DNA of 36,085 nucleotides, taken from contig DUFK01000027.1 of assembly GCA_013331945.1 (NCBI GenBank), positions 19,687 to 55,771 of the forward strand, written 5' to 3'. This stretch comes from Nanobdellota archaeon (GTDB lineage: Archaea; Nanobdellota; Nanobdellia; Pacearchaeales; UBA12030). The position numbers and the translations under genes are program-made. The notes beneath the pieces are model-generated. The model saw nothing but the letters and a program-made list of their open reading frames with translations, did no database searches and was not told where the DNA came from. This document shows, piece by piece, positions 7,716 through 16,420 of this stretch. Each line of letters begins with the position of its first letter. Position 1 is the first letter of the stretch.

Positions 7716-9620
7716 TCATAGCTCTACCTTTTCCGGCCTTTCTCCATCGATAAACATCCTGTGCCATATCTCAAAGGTTAGGAGCAGGATTATTTTGTTT
7801 ATCTTCTCCACATCGTCCTTGCTGTTTTGCATCAATCTCCCGATGTAATCCTTATTGAAGAAGCCTTGCCTCACAACTTCTGACTCTGCAAGGAACACGT
7901 GCGCTGCATCATAAAGATAGGTTCCATACCATTCAGAGAGGGGAGCTGTGAAGCCGTATTTCCTCCTTTTAATAGTCTCTTTTGGAAGGATTCTTGCCAT
8001 CGCCCTCTTAAGGATATACTTGCTCTCCTTCCCCCTCAGCTTAAGATGTGGCGGCAGGCGCTGCGCGAAATCCAGCATCGCGTTATCTAAAAATGGAACT
8101 CTGCTTTCAAGGCTGTTCGCCATGGTAAGCTTATCATCGTTCAGCAAGTATTGGTCTGGAAGTGTATACTTGAGGTCAATCAATGTAAGGTTATTCAGGA
8201 GATTACCCTTCTTTTTTAAGATATCTGCAGTTATATTATCTGATCCTATCTTTGCTCTCTTCCAAAAAAGATTCCTCTTCTCATTCTCATCAAAGTCCAG
8301 GTAGACAAGCTTGTTGTACGCTTCCGCCTCATTTTTCAAAGAAGGTAGGAATTCTTTGGCGAACCTGGCATATCTTCTTATCCTATTTCCAGGAACGCAT
8401 TTCCCAAGAATTGAAGCAGTAGCAGATGTCAGTTTTGACTCAAAGATGTAAGGGAATCTATTGTAATACTTTTTCCCCCTGTATATCATGGAATGCTGCC
8501 TATACCCGGCAAAAAGCTCGTCACCGGCATTTCCTGTAGTGACCACCTTTACACTATTTCGTGCTGCTTTGGCCATCTCATAAAGCGGAATTAGGGTTAT
8601 GTTCGGCATCGGCTCATCCATGCTCCACAGTATTCTTGGGAAATTTCTTATGGATTTTTCATCAACGACTATTTCTTGATGGTCTGTTCTAAACCTTTCT
8701 GCAACATTCCTTGCATACCCGAGCTCACTCTGAACTTCTCTTGAGCCAAAACCAATTGAAAATGTCCTTATTCTGCCAGCATCGCCCTCTTCTTTTCGGA
8801 TTATGCTTATCATAGCAAGAATGCTGCTGCTGTCTATTCCACCACTAAGAAAATGGCCGACAGGAACATCTGCAATCAAGTGTCTTTTTACAGATTCCTT
8901 TAGGGTCTTGAGCAGAAGTTTGGAGTAGTGCTCTTCGTTTCCATCCTCTGGTCTGAAATTAAAGTCCCAATACCGCTTTATCTTGATTTTTCCATTTTCG
9001 TACACAAGAAGATGTCCAGGCATCAGTTTTTTCACATCTTTGAGCATTGTAAGTGGTCCAGGAGTGTAGGTGTAGGTTAGGTAATTGCTAAGTGCTCTCC
9101 TATCTACTTCCCTCTTGATTCCAAATTCAAGCAGTGCTTTTATTTCAGAGGCAAATGCCAGCATTTTTCCGTCATAGGTGTAATAAAGTGGTTTTATCCC
9201 AATTCTATCCCTCGCAAGGAAGAGCTGTTTCTTTCCCTTGCGCGCATCCCATATGGCAAATGCGAACATTCCATTCAGCTTCTGCACACATTCTTCTCCG
9301 TATTCTTCGTATGCGTGCACAATCGTCTCTGTATCTGTATCGCTCTTGAATTTGTGGCCTCTGGCTTCCAGCTCATGGCACAGGGGCTGGAAGTTATAGA
9401 TCTCTCCATTATAGGTTATCCACACATCGCCATCTTCATTGCTCATCGGCTGATGGCCCTTCTTGCTCAAATCGATAATAGCGAGCCTTCTGTTGCCCAG
9501 CTCTATATTCTTGTCAGAAAAATAGCCGAAATCATCAGGGCCCCTGTGCACTATCGCAGAGGTCATCCTACGAATCCTTGCTTTATCATTCAATCCTGCG
9601 AAACCTGTTATTCCACACAT
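7716..9620 (-). CDS. asnB: Asparagine synthase (glutamine-hydrolysing) family amidotransferase; probably a sugar carboxylate amidotransferase in this context
   Basis: N-terminal MCGITG (Cys2 Ntn-glutaminase nucleophile) and the PP-loop motif FLSGGIDSSSI. 634 aa. Confidence 0.85.
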   Translation of the reverse strand: MCGITGFAGLNDKARIRRMTSAIVHRGPDDFGYFSDKNIELGNRRLAIIDLSKKGHQPMSNEDGDVWITYNGEIYNFQPLCHELEARGHKFKSDTDTETIVHAYEEYGEECVQKLNGMFAFAIWDARKGKKQLFLARDRIGIKPLYYTYDGKMLAFASEIKALLEFGIKREVDRRALSNYLTYTYTPGPLTMLKDVKKLMPGHLLVYENGKIKIKRYWDFNFRPEDGNEEHYSKLLLKTLKESVKRHLIADVPVGHFLSGGIDSSSILAMISIIRKEEGDAGRIRTFSIGFGSREVQSELGYARNVAERFRTDHQEIVVDEKSIRNFPRILWSMDEPMPNITLIPLYEMAKAARNSVKVVTTGNAGDELFAGYRQHSMIYRGKKYYNRFPYIFESKLTSATASILGKCVPGNRIRRYARFAKEFLPSLKNEAEAYNKLVYLDFDENEKRNLFWKRAKIGSDNITADILKKKGNLLNNLTLIDLKYTLPDQYLLNDDKLTMANSLESRVPFLDNAMLDFAQRLPPHLKLRGKESKYILKRAMARILPKETIKRRKYGFTAPLSEWYGTYLYDAAHVFLAESEVVRQGFFNKDYIGRLMQNSKDDVEKINKIILLLTFEIWHRMFIDGERPEKVEL

Positions 9621-9625
9621 CTCTC

Positions 9626-10207
9626 TTAGCAGTCCTTTACCGCAACAAATATCAAGTTAGAACTTAAATTCTTCGGCATCCACATAAAGTCAGCACCCAA
9701 AACCTTCTTTACTTTGAAGCCATTTTCTGGAAGAAGGCCAACTATCTGCCTTCTTGAGAATATCTTGTGCTCTCCAGCACTCCTTTTTGGCTCTTTTTTG
9801 ATTGCGCCGATTCTCCTTAAAGAAGAATCTCTGTTGACTGTTGTTAGAATAAGTGTTCCCCTTTTTTTAATTATTCTCCAGATCTCTCTGACCGATGCTT
9901 CTGGCTTTTGCAGATACTGCATGACTCCAGAGAAAACAACCATATCAAATTGCTCTTTCTTGAAAGGTAGTTTCTTATCACAATCGGCCAGAACCTTCTT
10001 TCTGCCTTCCACTCTTGCAAGAACATCTCTGCTCCTGTCTGCACTGATAATATCCGCATCAAAATAATCAAAACTCCCCCTATCTCCACATCCAAGGTCA
10101 AGAATCTTCGCCTCTTTTCCATTCATTCTCCGCACGACCTTCCCAACTATCCTTCTAGTATCTTCTGTTATCCTATTCTCGAGCATTCGGGAAATTCTTT
10201 CTTTCAT
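9626..10207 (-). CDS. Class I SAM-dependent methyltransferase
   Basis: Motif I ILDLGCGDRG, motif post-II MVVFSGVMQYL, motif III KKRGTLILTT. ATGA overlap with the upstream deacetylase gene. Confidence 0.8.
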   Translation of the reverse strand: MKERISRMLENRITEDTRRIVGKVVRRMNGKEAKILDLGCGDRGSFDYFDADIISADRSRDVLARVEGRKKVLADCDKKLPFKKEQFDMVVFSGVMQYLQKPEASVREIWRIIKKRGTLILTTVNRDSSLRRIGAIKKEPKRSAGEHKIFSRRQIVGLLPENGFKVKKVLGADFMWMPKNLSSNLIFVAVKDC

Positions 10208-11115
10208 CTCAAAAGTCCACTCATGTTTACTATCTCTATCTTGTCCTCTTTTTGCAGCCGCAACGCATAATCTGTTATGACCCTAAGATTGGAGATGTTC
10301 CTGTGTGTGAAGTCATGCGTGTTCAGGCAATAAACCTCTCCATTCTGGAGCTTGACGGCCAGCGACATCTCTCTTAGTATTCTCCTTATCAGGCTCTTGG
10401 AAGAGTTACCTTCAAAGTAATGTGATACCTGCACTGCTTTCAGGCCATACTTCATGAATGGCTTTCTTATTGCAACTTCATGTCTCTGGTTCAGGCCATT
10501 CTCTACGCCAGCAAATCTCACTATCTTGATTCCGTTCTTCTTCAGCACGCTGTATACCTTTTCCGGCTCTTTTACATCCTCAATCATGTTAAAAGGAGCA
10601 CCAAAAGAAACAGGCTTTATTCCAAGAGATTTAGCAGATCTTACAGCTGATTCTATAATGGAATTGACAGATTCCTTGCTTTCAAGAGTTAATGCCTCGT
10701 GTGAAAATGCGTGAAGGCCAAGATCAAAATAACTTTCGCGCATTTCTCTTTCAATAAAATCCCCCATGTAGAAGCTTGGTTTCGTTGTAAAATCTAATTT
10801 TGGATCCCAGTAATCCCATCTTTTTTTCATCATCATGTTAAGCCATTCCCCCTCTGGCTCCTCAGAGAAATGCGGAAAGCCTCTGCACTCTTTCAAGTAC
10901 AGATGGCCGACTATAGTGAATGTAGCCGGAAATCTTTGGCTCTTGAGTAGCTTTACTATCCTACTGACGCCTTCCCTCCCCCGGGAAAATTTTCCCGGAA
11001 GAAGCTTGTTAATCCTCCATTTTATCAACTCATTTCCTCCGAAATGAGGACTAGGTATATAGCGCCAAAAATCTGTTTCTGTATCTATAACTAGACAAAA
11101 CTTTACCTTAGCCAT
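10204..11115 (-). CDS. Polysaccharide deacetylase-like (divergent CE4/NodB-type) protein
   Basis: LVIDTETD (Asp-rich motif 1 position), TFTIVGHL, LHAFSHEA (HxxxH-type metal motif). It is divergent, so the family assignment is moderate. Confidence 0.55.
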   Translation of the reverse strand: MAKVKFCLVIDTETDFWRYIPSPHFGGNELIKWRINKLLPGKFSRGREGVSRIVKLLKSQRFPATFTIVGHLYLKECRGFPHFSEEPEGEWLNMMMKKRWDYWDPKLDFTTKPSFYMGDFIEREMRESYFDLGLHAFSHEALTLESKESVNSIIESAVRSAKSLGIKPVSFGAPFNMIEDVKEPEKVYSVLKKNGIKIVRFAGVENGLNQRHEVAIRKPFMKYGLKAVQVSHYFEGNSSKSLIRRILREMSLAVKLQNGEVYCLNTHDFTHRNISNLRVITDYALRLQKEDKIEIVNMSGLLR

Positions 11116-11130
11116 ATTGAAAGATGAATA

Positions 11131-11145
11131 GAAACCTTTTTATTT
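11131..11145 (+). promoter_or_regulatory. BRE/TATA-like box for the 11168 operon; sits mid-way in a 52-bp divergent intergenic region
   Basis: GAAACCTTTTTATTT. The T/A core is centred about 27 nt upstream of the ATG at 11168, which implies a leaderless mRNA. The same A/T core lies about 26 nt from the divergent ATG at 11115. Confidence 0.45.
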
Positions 11146-11167
11146 CTTATCGTATCTACTAAGGGTT

Positions 11168-12142
11168 ATGAGCTCTAATTACTGGTCTGGAAAGAAAGTT
11201 CTCGTTACGGGAGCAGACGGCTTTATGGGGAGTCACCTGACAGAGCGCCTGCTATCCTTTGGAGCAGATGTATCTATTTTTCTGAGGGGGAGCTCTACAG
11301 AAGGGACTAGGAACTTCTCAGTTAAGAATCTTAAATCCAGCATTAGCAAAATTTCTAATATCCTTGAGGGCGACATATCCTCTGTGGACTCTATAAAGCT
11401 AATCAGGAATAATAATCCCGAAATAATCTTTCATCTCGCAGCTGAAGCATACGTGCCGAAATCATTTAAACAGCCCATATTAGTCAAAGAAGTCAATCTA
11501 GATGGCACCTTAAATGTCCTTGAGGCTGCCATGAAATTGAGCTCAATTCAGGGGGTGGTCTGCACGTCATCTAGTGAGATATATGGGACATCAAACATTG
11601 CTATTAATGAGGATCACCCGTTAAACCCAACTTCCCCTTATGGAGCGTCAAAGGCAGCCGCGGATAGGTTCTGCTTTTCATACTGGAATACATACGGCCT
11701 GCCAATTGCGATAATAAGGCCATTTAATACCTATGGCCCAAGGCATACGTATGATGTTATACCTAAATTTATTACCAGAGCTTTGAAAAACGAACCACTG
11801 ACAGTACACGGTGACGGATCACAAACACGTGATTTCACATACGTTGACGATATGATCGAAGCGTTTTTACTAATGGGCTCGCGTAAGGAAGCGGTAGGCC
11901 AGGCAGTTAATTTCGGGACAGGAAAAGACGTCTCTATTAGGGAGATTGCAGAAAAGATAGTAAGGTACAGTAATTCAAGTTCAAAAATAGAATACATTGA
12001 GAAAAGGACCTCGGAAGTTCAGAAACTTTTGTGTGATCCTAGCAAAGCAAAGCAACTTTTTTCTTGGGAAGCGAAAATTTCAATTGATGACGGGCTGAGG
12101 AAGAACATACAATGGGAAATAGGCGATATCTCGAAGAGTTAA
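11168..12142 (+). CDS. Extended-SDR NDP-sugar dehydratase/epimerase family protein
   Basis: VLVTGADGFMGSHL, TSSSEIYG, SPYGASKAAAD (YxxxK), GDGSQTRDFTYVDD. Confidence 0.8.
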   Translation: MSSNYWSGKKVLVTGADGFMGSHLTERLLSFGADVSIFLRGSSTEGTRNFSVKNLKSSISKISNILEGDISSVDSIKLIRNNNPEIIFHLAAEAYVPKSFKQPILVKEVNLDGTLNVLEAAMKLSSIQGVVCTSSSEIYGTSNIAINEDHPLNPTSPYGASKAAADRFCFSYWNTYGLPIAIIRPFNTYGPRHTYDVIPKFITRALKNEPLTVHGDGSQTRDFTYVDDMIEAFLLMGSRKEAVGQAVNFGTGKDVSIREIAEKIVRYSNSSSKIEYIEKRTSEVQKLLCDPSKAKQLFSWEAKISIDDGLRKNIQWEIGDISKS

Positions 12143-12933
12143 ATAAAGATAGCACTAGGGAAATTTTTGAATCGTTCAAAAAATTACCTGCAAATCAACT
12201 AAAGTTAATCTATAACACTGCTGATTGGGCCTACATAAACCACTCTGAATTTAAAGCGGTTTATGATTTGCTAAGGCCTTATTTCAATAAAAAATTAAGA
12301 CTATTGGATGTCGGATGCGGTGATGGAAGGTTCCTCATACCTTTAGAGGGGAAGTTTCGCCTATATGGCCTTGATTTCTCAAAAAGTTTTCTAAGGGAAG
12401 TTAAGAAACACTGTAAATCTTGCAGAACTATATTTGGTCACGCAGAAAAATTGCCGTTCAAATCAGATTATTTTGATGTAGTGCTCTCTGTAAGGCTGAT
12501 TCAGCATCTATCAAAAAAGCAGCAGCAGAATGCAATTGATGAGATGTATAGGGTCGTCAAACCTGGAGGTAAAGTTATAGTCTTAAACTACAATAGCATG
12601 AGCGCGCTGAACATTTACAAAAAGATTTGTCAGAGCAAGACTCCTAAATTCTGGCCATTCATTAAGTGGAGATGGGTGATAGATGAGTATAACTCTCCTT
12701 CAGAACTGAAAGCTATGTTTAAAAGGGCTGGATTTAATAGAATCAGGACAACGGGATGCACATTGGGGGAGCCAGACGTATTAAGACTTACTAAAATCTC
12801 CTCCTTCCTAGAGAAAATCAGCAGGAAAATACCACTAAAATACTATGGGTTGTGTGAAAGGCTCGAAAGCTACGTAAAATCAACACCCCTAGCAAATCTA
12901 ATGAACAGGGTAGTAATAATTGGAGGGAAATAA
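12112..12933 (+). CDS. Class I SAM-dependent methyltransferase
   Basis: LLDVGCGDGRF (motif I), FDVVLSVRLIQHL, VKPGGKVIVL. Confidence 0.8.
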   Translation: MGNRRYLEELNKDSTREIFESFKKLPANQLKLIYNTADWAYINHSEFKAVYDLLRPYFNKKLRLLDVGCGDGRFLIPLEGKFRLYGLDFSKSFLREVKKHCKSCRTIFGHAEKLPFKSDYFDVVLSVRLIQHLSKKQQQNAIDEMYRVVKPGGKVIVLNYNSMSALNIYKKICQSKTPKFWPFIKWRWVIDEYNSPSELKAMFKRAGFNRIRTTGCTLGEPDVLRLTKISSFLEKISRKIPLKYYGLCERLESYVKSTPLANLMNRVVIIGGK

Positions 12934-12934
12934 G

Positions 12935-14107
12935 ATGGAAATCGAAAATAGGATAAATCTTGCCGTAAATTGGTTACTATCCTCTGGAATCCAGTCGGAA
13001 GATGGCGGATTTAACTCTTGGTATGATGTAGAGAGCAGATCTTATAAGTACAAATACTCAGAGATAACTGGCTATGGTCTTTCCACACTGGTTTCCCTAA
13101 TTGACATATCGGCAGACAGAAATAAACTGCTAGAACGAGCAAATCTAGCTGCTGAATGGCTGATTAATAACGCCACGCACGTGTGCAATGGTTTTAAGAC
13201 CCGCTCTTATTACTCTAGAGCAGATAGCAATAATTTTTACTCCTTCGATACCGGGAAGATATTTTCCTTTGATACTGGCATGGTGATCAAGGGTCTACTC
13301 AATCTTTACAAGATCAACAAAAACGAGGCGCTTTTAGATGCTTCTAAAAAAGCGGCGGAATTTTTGATTAATAAAATGAGCAAACCCGATGGCCTTTTCT
13401 ATGCTACCTATGACCCCGAACTAGGAAAAAATACAGACTCAGAAGAAAAGTGGTCCTCTCAGAGCGGTAGCTATCACGCCAAGATAGCCATACCCTTACT
13501 TAATCTTTATAGTATAACCGACAACAAATCTTTTTTAGATAGAGCTTTGTCTATATGCGATAGTTCTCTTGAGTTACAGAAGAGCGATGGAAGATTTATC
13601 TCATTCTCGAGCACTGGAGATACGCACCTTCACCCGCACATCTACACTACTGAGGGTCTGGTGTATCTAGCGTTAAACCTAAAGGATGAAAAACGAAGGT
13701 CGATTTACTTGGATTCTACTAGAAAGGCTATTGAATGGGTGTTGGACAACCAAAAACCAAATGGTGGACTTCCGCAGGCATTTTATAGCGGACAGAACAG
13801 ATTTAATATGCACGAAAGAGTGGATATAACTGCCCAAGCATTGAGGATTAGCTCTATACTTCTCTCTTTAGGTGAACTAGACAACAGATACCATGCAAAG
13901 ATCGGAAGATTATTTGAAAGACTAAAAGAATTTCAAAGAAGCATTGAGGATAAGGACCATGGCGGGTTTAATTTTGGCTATGACCATGATGGATTCCCGC
14001 TTGTCAATCATGTTAACTCATGGTGCACTATGTTCTCTCTTCAGGCGATTATGTACTATAAGCAGCTAATCTCTGGCCAAAATATAAAAGTTGACTTTTT
14101 GATATAG
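12935..14107 (+). CDS. alpha/alpha-toroid repeat protein of unknown function (prenyltransferase/terpene-cyclase-like or AGE/glucuronyl-C5-epimerase-like superfamily)
   Basis: Repeated helix-hairpin units carrying Gly/aromatic motifs: SEDGGFNSW, SEITGYGLSTL, KPDGLFYATY, KSDGRFISF, KPNGGLPQAF, KDHGGFNFGY. I prefer the ATG at 12935 because GGAGGG lies 7 nt upstream of it; the ORF-track start at 12920 is a TTG. Confidence 0.45.
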   Translation: MEIENRINLAVNWLLSSGIQSEDGGFNSWYDVESRSYKYKYSEITGYGLSTLVSLIDISADRNKLLERANLAAEWLINNATHVCNGFKTRSYYSRADSNNFYSFDTGKIFSFDTGMVIKGLLNLYKINKNEALLDASKKAAEFLINKMSKPDGLFYATYDPELGKNTDSEEKWSSQSGSYHAKIAIPLLNLYSITDNKSFLDRALSICDSSLELQKSDGRFISFSSTGDTHLHPHIYTTEGLVYLALNLKDEKRRSIYLDSTRKAIEWVLDNQKPNGGLPQAFYSGQNRFNMHERVDITAQALRISSILLSLGELDNRYHAKIGRLFERLKEFQRSIEDKDHGGFNFGYDHDGFPLVNHVNSWCTMFSLQAIMYYKQLISGQNIKVDFLI

Positions 14108-14129
14108 CCCCCATAATCTTTCGGATAAA

Positions 14130-15257
14130 ATGAACATAGCTATAATCTCCCATAACCTAGCACAATTTAGGGGCGGAAGCAAGGTGGCCTTAATGCTCGG
14201 GAAAGAGCTGGTAAAACTCAAGCATAACGTCGCTTATGTCTGTGTATATGAAGATATAAGAGCATTAAATAAGAAATTCGGAACAGAACACGAATATAGA
14301 GTTTATTCGTCAAAGAGAAGATTTCTCAGCAATAAAATAATAAACTTTTCGATGGTATGGAACATCTTTTTTCCATTTAAAAAGATGCATTCTGAATTCA
14401 AGCCAGACGTTGTCATAGAAATCGGTGGTGTAATGACTTCGTTGATTCAGCCAGTGTTCATGGGGATGCCGACAATTTACTACTGTTATTGCCCTAATAG
14501 TAGGTTTGCTGAAGTTAATTTATACCCTACAACAAAATTAGAGAGGGCGTACTTACGTTCTCTAGCCTTTATAGAGAAGATTTTAATAAAAAAGGTAGAT
14601 AAGGTTATATCCCAATGTAGTAAAACTAAAGAGTACTTAAATGAAGATTGGGAAATAAAGGCGGAAAATGCTTATCCACCGGTCGATACTTCTATATTTA
14701 AGCCTTCCAGCCGCAAAAAGGATATAATCTTGAGCGTCTGCAAATATGAGCCTTTATACAACCTAGAAGAACTAATAAAGATATTCTGGAAATTAAGGGG
14801 CAAAGATTACGAATTACATTTTGTCGCGCAAATAGATGGGCCTAATCCATACTTGGAAAAACTAATCGATTTGTCTAAGGATGACAAAAGGATTCATTTT
14901 CACAAGAACTTGCCTGTTGATGACCTGAAACTGTTGTATGCAAGGGCAAAGGTCTTTTGGCACTCTACTTGGTCTTACTATGGATTGATAATCGCGGAAG
15001 CTCAGAGTGCTGGAGTTCCAGCGATATCTTTTGGGAAGGACCATGGGCCCGGGGAGATAATACTCAATGGCAAAACAGGATATGTAGTGGAAAGTTTTAA
15101 AGAGCTCTATGAAAAAACTGAAAGATTGCTTTCTGATAAAAAGCTTTATAGCAGGATGTGCAAGGCAGCAAGAGAGAATGCGGTAAAAAGATTAAGTCTA
15201 AAGCCATTTGTCGATTCATTTTTACATGCAATCAGTGAAGTTGTTAGAAAAGAATAG
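14130..15257 (+). CDS. GT4 (GT-B fold, Glycos_transf_1) glycosyltransferase
   Basis: C-terminal donor-binding region GLIIAEAQSAGVPAISFGKDHGPGEIILNGKTGYVV. 375 aa. Confidence 0.8.
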   Translation: MNIAIISHNLAQFRGGSKVALMLGKELVKLKHNVAYVCVYEDIRALNKKFGTEHEYRVYSSKRRFLSNKIINFSMVWNIFFPFKKMHSEFKPDVVIEIGGVMTSLIQPVFMGMPTIYYCYCPNSRFAEVNLYPTTKLERAYLRSLAFIEKILIKKVDKVISQCSKTKEYLNEDWEIKAENAYPPVDTSIFKPSSRKKDIILSVCKYEPLYNLEELIKIFWKLRGKDYELHFVAQIDGPNPYLEKLIDLSKDDKRIHFHKNLPVDDLKLLYARAKVFWHSTWSYYGLIIAEAQSAGVPAISFGKDHGPGEIILNGKTGYVVESFKELYEKTERLLSDKKLYSRMCKAARENAVKRLSLKPFVDSFLHAISEVVRKE

Positions 15258-15260
15258 ATT

Positions 15261-15272
15261 AAATTTTTAAAT
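15261..15272 (+). promoter_or_regulatory. TATA-like box upstream of wecB
   Basis: AAATTTTTAAAT is centred about 26-27 nt upstream of the ATG at 15293, spacing that fits a leaderless transcript. It may be an internal promoter of the 11168 operon. Confidence 0.3.
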
Positions 15273-15292
15273 GCACCTTCTCAGTATCTTAT

Positions 15293-16420
15293 ATGAAACT
15301 TAAGAGAAGATTTAAAGTCTTGATTGTCATCGGCCCCCGTCCAGAAGTCATAAAACTAGCACCCATCTTTTTAGAGTTTAGGAAACATAAGGAGCTCAAT
15401 ACAGAGATTCTCTTAACTGGGCAACACCGCCAGCTGACAGATCAGGCAATGAAAGATTTCGGATTGAAGGCCAAATATGACCTGAACCTGATGAAAAAGG
15501 GACAAGGCCTTGAAGAATTATCAGCCAGAATATTTCTGAAATTTGGCACGATTCTTAAAAGGATAAAGCCGGACTTAGTTATTGCAGAGGGTGATACAAC
15601 TACCACTGCCATCTGTTCCATCTGCTGCTACTACCAAAAAATACCATTCGCACACGTTGAGGCCGGTCTGAGGAGTTTCGATAAGTTTCAGCCATTTCCG
15701 GAAGAGATAAACCGGATGATTGCAGATATCATCGCGGACTTGCATTTTGCACCGACAAATGACGCCAGAGAAAACCTTATTGCCAGCGGAATTGACGGTA
15801 AAGGCATATTTGTGACAGGTAATACTGTTATTGATAGCTTGCTTTTATTATCTAAAAAAAACCATAAATTCCGTGATACTAACCTAAACTCCATAAAAGA
15901 AGGAAAGCCCCTAATACTGGTAACAATGCATAGAAGAGAAAGCTTTGGCAGGCCAATAAAAGAAGTCATAGCAGCTTTGAAAGAGTTAAATAAGGAGGAT
16001 GTCCAAATAGTTTACCCTGTTCATTTAAATCCTAATGTTAAAGGCCCCGTATACAAATCTCTTTCTGGTTGCAAGAACATCATCCTTACAGACCCTCTTA
16101 ACTACTTAGATTTTATTAACCTGATGAAAAAATGCTCTTTTATACTCACTGACTCGGGCGGAGTCCAGGAAGAAGCCCCGACCTTTGGGAAGCCAATATT
16201 AGTTCTAAGGAATGTGACCGAAAGACCGGAAGGCGTAAAAGCTGGAATAGCCAAGTTGGTTGGCACGAATAGAAGAAAAATATTGAGGTTCAGCAATCTG
16301 CTTCTAAACAACAAAAAATTCTACTCCAGTATGGCCAAAAAAAAGGGCCTTTATGGTGCAGGGGATGCATCAAAGAAGATAGTGAAAATCGTAAAAACCA
16401 GATTCCTGAATTCAAATTAG
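15293..16420 (+). CDS. wecB: UDP-N-acetylglucosamine 2-epimerase (non-hydrolysing)
   Basis: IGPRPEVIKLAPI, HVEAGLRSFDKFQPFPEEINR, DSGGVQEEAPTFGKPILVLR. Confidence 0.9.
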   Translation: MKLKRRFKVLIVIGPRPEVIKLAPIFLEFRKHKELNTEILLTGQHRQLTDQAMKDFGLKAKYDLNLMKKGQGLEELSARIFLKFGTILKRIKPDLVIAEGDTTTTAICSICCYYQKIPFAHVEAGLRSFDKFQPFPEEINRMIADIIADLHFAPTNDARENLIASGIDGKGIFVTGNTVIDSLLLLSKKNHKFRDTNLNSIKEGKPLILVTMHRRESFGRPIKEVIAALKELNKEDVQIVYPVHLNPNVKGPVYKSLSGCKNIILTDPLNYLDFINLMKKCSFILTDSGGVQEEAPTFGKPILVLRNVTERPEGVKAGIAKLVGTNRRKILRFSNLLLNNKKFYSSMAKKKGLYGAGDASKKIVKIVKTRFLNSN

